The position numbers and the translations under genes are program-made. Of a stretch of 64,000 bases of DNA, positions 12,717 through 24,200 are shown piece after piece. The notes below the pieces were generated by a model that did no database searches, was not told the origin of the DNA, and was given only the letters and a program-made list of their open reading frames with translations. The DNA is taken from positions 415,276,001 to 415,340,000 of the forward strand of contig OZ024741.1 of assembly GCA_964016885.1 (NCBI GenBank). Reading direction: 5' to 3'. Origin of the DNA: Eledone cirrhosa (taxonomy: Eukaryota). Each line of letters begins with the position of its first letter. Position 1 is the first letter of the stretch.

Positions 12717-13810
12717 TCCAGTCTATCCTTGATCCAGTCTTTACCTTCAATCTATCCTTGATCCAGTCTTTACCTTCAGTCTATCCTTGATCCAGTCTTT
12801 ACCTTCAGTCTATCCTTGATCCATTCTTTACCTTCAGTCTATCCTTGATCCAGTCTTTACCTTCAGTCTATCCTTGATCCATTCTTTACCTTCAGTCTAT
12901 CCTTGATCCAGTCTTTACCTTCAGTCTATCCTTGATCCATTCTTTACCTTCAGTCTATCCTTGATCCAGTCTTTACCTTCAGTCTATCCTTGATCCGGTC
13001 TTTACCTTCAGTCTATCCTTGATCCAGTCTTTACCTTCAGTCTATCCTTTATCCAGTCTTTACCTTCAGTCTATCCTTGATCCAGTCTTTACCTTCAGTC
13101 TATCCTTGATTCAGTCTTTACTTTCAGTCTATCCTTTATCCAGTCTTTACCTTCAGTCTATCCTTGATCCAGTCTTTACCTTCAGTCTATCCTTTATCCA
13201 GTCTTTACCTTCAGTCTATCCTTGATCCAGTCTTTACTTTCAGTCTATCCTTGATCCAGTCTTTACCTTCAGTCTATCCTTGATCCAGTCTTTACCTTCA
13301 GTCTATCCTTGATCCAGTCTTTACCTTTATCCAGTCTTTACCTTCAGTCTATCCTTGATCCAGTCTTTACTTTCAGTCTATCCTTGATTCAGTCTTTACC
13401 TTCAGTCTATCCTTGATCCAGTCTTTACCTTCAGTCTATCCTTGATCCAGTCTTTACCTTCAGTATATCATTGATCCATTCTTTACCTTCAGTCTATCCT
13501 TGATCCAGTCTTTACCTTCAGTCTATCCTTGATCCAGTCTTTACTTTCAGTCTATCCTTGATCCAGTCTTTACTTTCAATCTATCCTTGATCAAGTCTTA
13601 ACCTTCAGTCTATCCTTGATCCAGTCTTTACCTTCAGTCTATCCTTGATCCAGTCTTTACTTTCAGTCTACCCTTGATCAAGTCTTTAACTTCAGTCTTT
13701 CCTTGATCAAGTCATTACCTTCAGTCTACCCTTGATCCAGTCTTTACCTTCAGTCTATCCTTGATCCAGTCTTCAGTTTCAGTCTACCCTTGATCAAGTC
13801 TTTAACCTCA
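12717..13810. repeat. 29-bp minisatellite (TCCAGTCTTTACCTTCAGTCTATCCTTGA), ~37 units, intronic
   Basis: The 29-nt period is direct. The unit is itself a diverged dimer (CAGTCTTTACCTT / CAGTCTATCCTT), and units become more divergent toward the 3' end. Confidence 0.97.
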
Positions 13811-14077
13811 ATATCACCTTAGCCTCTTCAGTGCCATAGATGAGATAACTCATCCTAACATGTAAGCATTCCAGTGCCATGGATGAGATAACTTGAACTC
13901 CTTTTCAACAGTTCATAACTTCAAAGTTATGAAGTCGTTTCCAAGTAACCCCATCTAGCTTGAAAACACTAGGTGGAGTTACTAGTTTATTGATGTGACG
14001 TTTGTCAATCAAAATAGTCATTTTACTGAAAAATGGCAACTGTAACTGTGTAAAATATACACGGCAGTCAGCAGGTT

Positions 14078-14416
14078 AATCCAGCCTCTAGCTTCAGTCC
14101 ACTCTTGATCCAGTCTTTAACTTCACTCCATCCTTGATCCAGCCTTTAGCTTCACTCCACTCTTGATCCAGCCTTTAGCTTCACTCCACCCTTTATTCCA
14201 CCTTTAGCTTTACTCCACTCTTGATCCCACCTCTAACTTTACTCCACCCTTGATCCCACTTCTAGCTTCACTCCACCCTCGATCCAGTCTCTAGCTTCAC
14301 TCCATCCTTGATCCCACCTCTAGCTTCATTCCACCCTTGATCCAGTCTCTAGCTTCATTCCATCCTTGATCCTGCCTTTAGCTTCACTCCATCCTTGATT
14401 AAGTCTTTATCTTCAA
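14078..14416. repeat. Diverged second block of the 29-bp minisatellite (TCCAGCCTTTAGCTTCACTCCATCCTTGA), ~11-12 units
   Basis: Same period and CCTTGATCC core as 12717-13810, but with block-specific substitutions and higher unit-to-unit divergence. Confidence 0.9.
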
Positions 14417-14619
14417 TCAACAATGATGAAACAGACTTGTGGTTAAAAGAATCCCAGCTCTGATCAACCTGTCTTATGTAGAGCTATCCAGGACAGCATT
14501 ATCTAATATGTCCTATTATTTATTAAGCTAGTTAGAACAAGATTTAAATGAAAATTTGCTGCTATTTCTAGAAGGTTGAGGGTGGTTTATATTACTTGAG
14601 CTTTGCTTTACTATTTCAG

Positions 14620-14779
14620 GAACCAGGTTTTAGAAGAAGTTTTGGATCAAGTGGAACAAGTCACCCCCAAGGGAGAAGTACCTGATGGTCGTACACCAGG
14701 AGCGCCACAAAGAGGGGTCCCAAAACAAGAAGATGCTGATACCACAGTTGTTTCTGAGAAACCACGTACAAGACGTCCA
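14620..14779 (+). CDS. rec8: Internal coding exon C of REC8-like kleisin: NQVLEEVLDQVEQVTPKGEVPDGRTPGAPQRGVPKQEDADTTVVSEKPRTRRP
   Basis: Acceptor ctttgctttactatttcag| (14619) and donor CCA|gtaatg (14780). It lies in the ORF 14603-14842 frame, is charged and Pro-rich like a disordered kleisin linker, and its phases match both neighbours. Confidence 0.8.
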
Positions 14780-14830
14780 GTAATGATGGAGTTTTTTGTT
14801 TTGCTATTTCTGTTTCATGATATGTCTGAA

Positions 14831-14950
14831 GTAGCTGTGTAATGTCTGCAGTAACTGTGTAATGTCTGTAATAGCTGTGTAATGTCTGTAGTTGCTGTGT
14901 AATGTATGCAGTAACTGTAATATCTGCAATAGCTGTGTAATGTATGTAGT
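14831..14950. repeat. 20-bp tandem repeat (GTAGCTGTGTAATGTCTGCA-like), ~6 units, followed by a degenerate (GTA/GAT)n microsatellite to ~14986
   Basis: A 20-nt period is visible within the 269-nt intron 14780-15048. Confidence 0.88.
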
Positions 14951-15048
14951 AGTGGTAGTATGATGATGATGGTGATGATGTTGATAAAAAATATATTATT
15001 TTCCATTGAGTTTTTGCCATTTTAAAAATGTATTTCTCTAATTATCAG

Positions 15049-15198
15049 CGAATAATTCCATTGGTTCTCCCTGACATTGAACATCCTAGAAAAAGACGTC
15101 GTATTCGGCATTTGATGATCGACATAGATACTAGTCTTGACAAGAAAGAAATACAGAGGAACATTGTAAATACTAAAGACATTGTAAGAAGCATTCAG
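15049..15198 (+). CDS. rec8: Internal coding exon D of REC8-like kleisin: RIIPLVLPDIEHPRKRRRIRHLMIDIDTSLDKKEIQRNIVNTKDIVRSIQ (start of STAG/Scc3-binding region)
   Basis: Acceptor tatttctctaattatcag| (15048) and donor CAG|gtaaat (15199); exactly 150 nt, phase 0/0. The basic cluster plus L-x-I-D..T.L...I...I....DIV matches recalled RAD21 '[30 protein letters not shown]' and REC8 'RRRRR.LLFWDKETQIS'. The family call is firmer than the paralog call (REC8 vs RAD21/RAD21L). Confidence 0.85.
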
Positions 15199-15225
15199 GT
15201 AAATATCTCTTCTTGGATTTTAGTT

Positions 15226-18200
15226 TTAACCCTTTAGTTACCAACCTGGTCAACACTAACCAGGACTATTACCTACAGTTGTCTTAACCCTTTAAATTCC
15301 AACCTGGTCAACACTGACCAGGACTATTGCCTACAGTTGTCTTAACCCTTTAGTTACCAACCTGGTCAACACTGACCAGAACTATTACCTACAGTTGTCT
15401 TAACCCTTTAGTTACCAACCTGGTCAACACTTACCAGGACTATTACCTACAGTTGTCTTAACCCTTTAGTTACCAACCTGGTCAACACTTACCAGGACTA
15501 TTACCTACAGTTGTCTTAACCCTTTAGTTACCAACCTGGTCAACACTGACCAGGACTATTACCTACAGTTGTCTTAACCCTTTAGTTACCAACCTGGTCA
15601 ACACTTACCAGGACTATTACCTACAGTTGTCTTAACCCTTTAGTTACCAGTCTGGTCAACACTAACCAGGACTATTACCTACAGTTGTCTTAACACTTTA
15701 GTTACCAATCTGGTCAACACTGACCAGGACTATTACCTACAGTTCTCTTAACCCTTTAGTTACCAGCCTGGTCAACACTGACCAGCACTATTATCTACAG
15801 TTGTCTTAACCCTTTGGTTACCAACCTGGTCAACACTGACCAGCACTATTATCTACAGTTGTCGTAACCCTTTAGTTACCAACCTGGTCAACACTGACCA
15901 GGACTATTACCTACAGTTGTCTTAACCCTTTAGTTACCAACCTGGTCAACACTGACCAGAACTATTAGCTACAGTTGTCTTAACCCTTTAGTTACCAACC
16001 TGGTCAACACTAACCAGGACTATTACCTACAGTTGTCTTAACCCTTTAGTTACCAACCTGGTCAACACTTACCAGGACTATTACCTACAGTTGTCTTAAC
16101 CCTTTAGTTAGAAACCTGGTCAACAATAACCAGGACTATTACCTACAGTTGTATTAACCCTTTAGTTACCAACCTGGTCAACACTGACCAGGACTATTAC
16201 CTACAGTTGTCTTAACCCTTTAGTTACTAACCTGGTCAACACTGACCAGGACTATTACCTACAGTTGTCCTAACCCTTTAGTTACCAATCTGGTCAACAC
16301 TAACCAGGACTATTATCTACAGTTGTCTTAACCCTTTAGTTACCAACCTGGTCAACACTTACCAGGACTATTACCTACAGTTGTCTTAACCCTTTAGTTA
16401 CCAACCTAGTCAACACTAACCAGGACTATTACCTACAGTTGTCTTAACTCTTTAGTTACCAACCTGGTCAACACTAACCAGGACTATTACCTACAGTTGT
16501 CTTAACTCTTTAGTTACCAACCTGGTCAACACTGACCAGGACTATTACCTACAGTTGTCTTAACCCTTTAGTTACCAACCTGGTCAACACTAACCAGGAC
16601 TATTACCTACAGTTGTCTTAACCCTTTAAATTCCAACCTGGTCAACACTGACCAGGACTATTGCCTACAGTTGTCTTAACCCTTTAGTTACCAACCTGGT
16701 CAACACTGACCAGAACTATTACCTACAGTTGTCTTAACCCTTTAGTTACCAACCTGGTCAACACTGACCAGGACTATTACCTACAGTTGTCTTAACCCTT
16801 TAGTTACCAACCTGGTCAACACTGACCAGGACTATTACCTACAGTTGTCTTAACCTTTAGTTACCAACCTGGTCAACACTGACCAGGACTATTACCTACA
16901 GTTGTTTTAACCCTTTAGTTACCAACCTGGTCAACACTGACCAGGACTATTACCTACAGTTGTCTTAACCCTTTAGTTACCAACCTGGTCAACACTGACC
17001 AGGACTATTGCCTACAGTTGTCTTAACCCTTTAGTTACCAACCTGGTCAACACTGACCAGAATTATTGCCTACAGTTGTCTTAACCCTTTAGTTACCAAC
17101 CTGGTCAACACTGACCAGGACTATTACCTACAGTTGTCTTAACCCTTTAGTTACCAGTCTGGTCAACACTGACCAGCACTATTATCTACAGTTGTCTTAA
17201 CCCTTTAGTTACCAACCTGGTCAACATTTACCAGGACTATTACCTACAGTTGTCTTAACCCTTTAGTTACCAACCTGGTCAACACTTACCAGGACTATTA
17301 CCTACAGTTGTCTTAACCCTTTAGTTACCAACCTGGTCAACACTTACCAGGACTATTACCTACAGTTGTCTTAACCCTTTAGTTACCAACCTGGTCAACA
17401 CTAACCAGGACTATTACCTACACTTGTCTTAACCCTTTAGTTACCAGTCTGGTCAACACTAACCAGGACTATTACCTACAGTTGTCTTAACACTTTAGTT
17501 ACCAATCTGGTCAACACTGACCAGGACTATTACCTACAGTTGTCTTAACCCTTTAGTTACCAGCCTGGTCAACACTGACCAGCACTATTATCTACAGTTG
17601 TCTTAACCCTTTGGTTACCAACCTGGTCAACACTGACCAGCACTATTATCTACAGTTGTCGTAACCCTTTAGTTACCAACCTGGTCAACACTGACCAGGA
17701 CTATTACCTACAGTTGTCTTAACCCTTTAGTTACCAACCTGGTCAACACTGACCAGAACTATTAGCTACAGTTGTCTTAACCCTTTAGTTACCAACCTGG
17801 TCAACACTAACCAGGACTATTACCTACAGTTGTCTTAACCCTTTAGTTACCAACCTGGTCAACACTTACCAGGACTATTACCTACAGTTGTCTTAACCCT
17901 TTAGTTACAAACCTGGTCAACAATAACCAGGACTATTACCTACAGTTGTCTTAACCCTTTAGTTACCAACCTGGTCAACACTGACCAGGACTATTACCTA
18001 CAGTTGTCTTAACCCTTTAGTTACTAACCTGGTCAACACTGACCAGGACTATTACCTAGAGTTGTCCTAACCCTTTAGTTACCAATCTGGTCAACACTAA
18101 CCAGGACTATTATCTACAGTTGTCTTAACCCTTTAGTTACCAACCTGGTCAACACTTACCAGGACTATTACCTACAGTTGTCTTAACCCTTTAGTTACCA

Positions 18201-21200
18201 ACCTGGTCAACACTAACCAGGACTATTACCTACAGTTGTCTTAACCCTTTAGTTACCAGTCTGGTCAACACTAACCAGGACTATTACCTACAGTTGTCTT
18301 AATACTTTAGTTACCAATCTGGTCAACACTGACCAGGACTATTACCTACAGTTCTCTTAACCCTTTAGTTACCAGCCTGGTCAACACTGACCAGCACTAT
18401 TATCTACAGTTGTCTTAACCCTTTGGTTACCAACCTGGTCAACACTGACCAGCACTATTATGTACAGTTGTCGTAACCCTTTAGTTACCAACCTGGTCAA
18501 CACTGACCAGGACTATTACCTACAGTTGTCTTAACCCTTTAGTTACCAACCTGGTCAACACTGACCAGAACTATTAGCTACAGTTGTCTTAACCCTTTAG
18601 TTACCAACCTGGTCAACACTAACCAGGACTATTACCTACAGTTGTCTTAACCCTTTAGTTACCAACCTGGTCAACACTTACCAGGACTATTACCTACAGT
18701 TGTCTTAACCCTTTAGTTACAAACCTGGTCAACAATAACCAGGACTATTACCTACAGTTGTCTTAACCCTTTAGTTACCAACCTGGTCAACACTGACCAG
18801 GACTATTACCTACAGTTGTCTTAACCCTTTAGTTACTAACCTGGTCAACACTGACCAGGACTATTACCTACAGTTGTCTTAACCCTTTAGTTACCAACCT
18901 GGTCAACACTTACCAGGACTATTACCTACAGTTGTCTTAACCCTTTAGTTACCAACCTGGTCAACACTAACCAGGACTATTACCTACAGTTGTCTTAACC
19001 CTTTAGTTACCAGTCTGGTCAACACTAACCAGAACTATTACCTACAGTTGTCTTAACCCTTTAGTTACAAACCTGGTCAACAATAACCAGGACTATTACC
19101 TACAGTTGTCTTAACCCTTTAGTTACCAACCTGGTCAACACTGACCAGGACTATTACCTACAGTTGTCTTAACCCTTTAGTTACTAACCTGGTCAACACT
19201 GACCAGGACTATTACCTACAGTTGTCCTAACCATTTAGTTACCAATCTGGTCAACACTAACCAGGACTATTATATACAGTTGTCTTAACCCTTTAGTTAC
19301 CAACCTGGTCAACACTTACCAGGACTATTACCTACAGTTGTCTTAACCCTTTAGTTACCAACCTGGTCAACACTTACCAGGACTATTACCTACAGTTGTC
19401 TTAACCCTTTAGTTACAAACCTGGTCAACACTGACCAGGACTATTACCTACAGTTGTCTTAACCCTTTAGTTACTAACCTGGTCAACACTGACCAGGACT
19501 ATTACCTACAGTTGTCCTAACCCTTTAGTTACCAATCTGGTCAACACTAACCAGGACTATTATCTACAGTTGTCTTAACCCTTTAGTTACCAACCTGGTC
19601 AACACTTACCAGGACTATTACCTACAGTTGTCTTAACCCTTTAGTTAACAACCTGGTCAACACTAACCAGGACTATTACCTACACTTGTCTTAACCCTTT
19701 AGTTACCAGTCTGGTCAACACTAACCAGGACTATTACCTACAGTTGTCTTAACACTTTAGTTACCAATCTGGTCACCACTGACCAGGACTATTACCTACA
19801 GTTCTCTTAACCCTTTAGTTACCAGCCTGGTCAACACTGACCAGCACTATTATCTACAGTTGTCTTAACCCTTTGGTTACTAACCTGGTCAACACTGACC
19901 AGCACTATTATCTACAGTTGTCGTAACCCTTTAGTTACCAACCTGGTCAACACTGACCAGGACTATTACCTACAGTTGTCTTAACCCTTTAGTTACCAAC
20001 CTGGTCAACACTGACCAGAACTATTAGCTACAGTTGTCTTAACCCTTTAGTTACCAACCTGGTGAACACTAACCAGGACTATTACCTACAGTTGTCTTAA
20101 CCCTTTAGTTACCAACCTGGTCAACACTTACCAGGACTATTACCTACAGTTGTCTTAACCCTTTAGTTACAAACCTGGTCAACAATAACCAGGACTATTA
20201 CCTACAGTTGTCTTAACCCTTTAGTTACCAACCTGGTCAACACTGACCAGGACTATTACCTACAGTTGTCTTAACCCTTTAGTTACTAACCTGGTCAACA
20301 CTGACCAGGACTATTACCTAGAGTTGTCCTAACCCTTTAGTTACCAATCTGGTCAACACTAACCAGGACTATTATCTACAGTTGTCTTAACCCTTTAGTT
20401 ACCAACCTGGTCAACACTTACCAGGACTATTACCTACAGTTGTCTTAACCCTTTAGTTACCAGTCTGGTCAACACTAACCAGGACTATTACCTACAGTTG
20501 TCTTAACCCTTTAGTTACCAGTCTGGTCAACACTAACCAGGACTATTACCTACAGTTGTCTTAACACTTTAGTTACCAATCTGGTCAACACTGACCAGGA
20601 CTATTACCTACAGTTGTCTTAACCCTTTAGTTACCAACCTGGTCAACACTGACCAGAACTATTAACTACAGTTGTCTTAACTCTTTAGTTACCAACCTGG
20701 TCAACACTAACCAGGACTATTACCTACAGTTGTCTTAACCCTTTAGTTACCAACCTGGTCAACACTTACCAGGACTATTACCTACAGTTGTCTTAACCCT
20801 TTAGTTACAAACCTGGTCAACAATAACCAGGACTATTACCTACAGTTGTCTTAACCCTTTAGTTACCGACCTGGTCAACACTGACCAGGACTATTACCTA
20901 CAGTTGTCTTAACCCTTTAGTTACTAACCTGGTCAACACTGACCAGGACTATTACCTACAGTTGTCTTAACCCTTTAGTTACCAACCTGGTCAACACTTA
21001 CTAGGACTATTACCTACAGTTGTCTTAACCCTTTAGTTACCAACCTGGTCAACACTAACCAGGACTATTACCTACAGTTGTCTTAACCCTTTAGTTACCA
21101 GTCTGGTCAACACTAACCAGGACTATTACCTAGAGTTGTCTTAACACTTTAGTTACCAATCTGGTCAACACTGACCAGGACTATTACCTACAGTTCTCTT

Positions 21201-24200
21201 AACCCTTTAGTTACCAGCCTGGTCAACACTGACCAGCACTATTATCTACAGTTGTCTTAACCCTTTAGTTACCAACCTGGTCAACACTTACCAGGACTAT
21301 TACCTACAGTTGTCTTAACCCTTTAGTTACAAACCTGGTCAACAATAACCAGGACTATTACCTACAGTTGTCTTAACCCTTTAGTTACCAACCTGGTCAA
21401 CACTGACCAGGACTATTACCTACAGTTGTCTTAACCCTTTAGTTACTAACCTGGTCAACACTGACCAGGACTATTACCTACAGTTGTCCTAACCCTTTAG
21501 TTACCAATCTGCTCAACACTAGCCAGGACTATTATCTACAGTTGTCTTAACCCTTTAGTTACTAACCTGCTCAACACTGACCAGGACTATTACCTACAGT
21601 TGTCCTAACCCTTTAGTTACCAATCTGGTCAACACTAACCAGGACTATTATCTACAGTTGTCTTAACCCTTTAGTTACCAACCTGGTCAACACTTACCAG
21701 GACTATTACCTACAGTTGCCTTAACCCTTTAGTTACCAACCTGGTCAACACTAACCAGGACTATTACCTACAGTTGTCTTAATCCTTTAGTTACCAGTCT
21801 GGTCAACACTAACCAGGACTATTACCTACAGTTGTCTTAACACTTTAGTTACCAATCTGGTCAACACTGACCAGGACTATTACCTACAGTTCTCTTAACC
21901 CTTTAGTTACCAGCCCGGTCAACACTGACCAGCACTATTATCTACAGTTGTCTTAACCCTTTGGTTACCAACCTGGTCAACACTGACCAGCACTATTATG
22001 TACAGTTGTCTTAACCCTTTAGTTACCAACCTGGTCAACACTGACCAGGACTATTACCTACAGTTGTCTTAACCCTTTAGTTACCAACCTGCTCAACACT
22101 GACCAGAACTATTAGCTACAGTTGTCTTAACCCTTTAGTTACCAACCTGGTCAACACTAACCAGGACTATTACCTACAGTTGTCTTAACCCTTTAGTTAC
22201 CAACCTGGTCAACACTTACCAGGACTATTACCTACAGTTGTCTTAACCCTTTAGTTACAAACCTGGTCAACAATAACCAGGACTATTACCTACAGTTGTC
22301 TTAACCCTTTAGTTACCAACCTGGTCAACACTGACCAGGACTATTACCTACAGTTGTCTTAACCCTTTAGTTACTAACCTGGTCAACACTGACCAGGACT
22401 ATTACCTACAGTTGTCTTAACCCTTTAGTTACCAACCTGGTCAACACTTACCAGGACTATTACCTACAGTTGTCTTAACCCTTTAGTTACCAACCTGGTC
22501 AACACTAACCAGGACTATTACCCACACTTGTCTTAACCCTTTAGTTACCAGTCTGGTCAACACTAACCAGGACTATTACCTACAGTTGTCTTAACACTTT
22601 AGTTACCAATCTGGTCAACACTGACCAGGACTATTACCTACAGTTCTCTTAACCCTTTAGTTACCAGCCTGGTCAACACTGACCAGCACTATTATCTACA
22701 GTTGTCTTAACCCTTTGGTTACCAACCTGGTCAACACTGACCAGCACTATTATCTACAGTTGTCGTAACCCTTTAGTTACCAACCTGGTCAACACTGACC
22801 AGGACTATTACCTACAGTTGTCTTAACCCTTTAGTTACCAACCTGGTCAACACTGACTAGAACTATTAGCTACAGTTGTCTTAACCCTTTAGTTACCAAC
22901 CTGGTCAACACTAACCAGGACTATTACCTACAGTTGTCTTAACCCTTTAGTTACCAACCTGGTCAACACTTACCAGGACTATTACCTACAGTTGTCTTAA
23001 CCCTTTAGTTACAAACCTGGTCAAAAATAACCAGGACTATTACCTACAGTTGTCTTAACCCTTTAGTTACCAACCTGGTCAACACTGACCAGGACTATTA
23101 CCTACAGTTGTCTTAACCCTTTAGTTACTAACCTGGTCAACACTGACCAGGACTATTACCTAGAGTTGTCCTAACCCTTTAGTTACCAATCTGGTCAACA
23201 CTAACCAGGACTATTATCTACAGTTGTCTTAACCCTTTAGTTACCAACCTGGTCAACACTTACCAGGACTATTACCTACAGTTGTCTTAACCCTTTAGTT
23301 ACCAACCTGGTCAACACTAACCAGGACTATTACCTACAGTTGTCTTAACCCTTCAGTTACCAGTCTGGTCAACACTAACCAGGACTATTACCTACAGTTG
23401 TCTTAACCCTTTAGTTACCAACCTGGTCAACACTAACCAGGACTATTACCTACAGTTGTCTTAACCCTTTAGTTACCAACCTGGTCAACACTGACCAGGA
23501 CTATTACCTACAGTTGTCTTAACCCTTTAGTTACTAACCTGGTCAACACTGACCAGCACTATTATCTACAGTTGTCGTAACACTTTAGTTACCAACCTGG
23601 TCAACACTTACCAGGACTATTACCTACAGTTGTCTTAACACTTTAGTTACCAACCTGGTCAACACTTACCAGGACTATTACCTACAGTTGTCTTATCCCT
23701 TTAGTTACCAACCTGGTCAACACTGACCAGGACTATTACCTACAGTTGTCTTAACCCTTTAGTTACCAACCTGGTCAACACTGACCAGGACTATTACCTA
23801 CAGTTGTCTTAAACCTTTAGTTTCCAACCTGGTCAACACTGACCAGGAATATTACCTGCAGTTGTCTTAACCCTTTAGTTACCAACCTGGTCAACACTAA
23901 CCAGGACTATTACCTAAAGTTGTCTTAACCCTTTAGTTAAGTTACCAACCTGGTCAATAGTGACCAGAACTATTACCTACAGTTGTCTTAACCCTTTAGT
24001 TACCAACCTGGTCAACACTGACCAGGACTATTACCTACAGTTGTCTTGACTCTTTAGTTTCCAACCTGGTCAACACTGACCAGGACTATTACCTTCAGTT
24101 GTCTTAACCCTTTAGTTACCAGTCTGGTCAACCCTGACCAGCACTATTATCTACAGTTGTCTTAACCCTTTAGTTACCACTCTGGTCAACACTGACCAGC

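Noticed and set aside
13019-13225. 68-aa ORF
   Set aside because: It is a translation of the 29-bp minisatellite.
14661-15020. Minus-strand ORFs (119 aa and 63 aa)
   Set aside because: They are antisense to exon C and built from the 20-bp repeat and microsatellite; low complexity.
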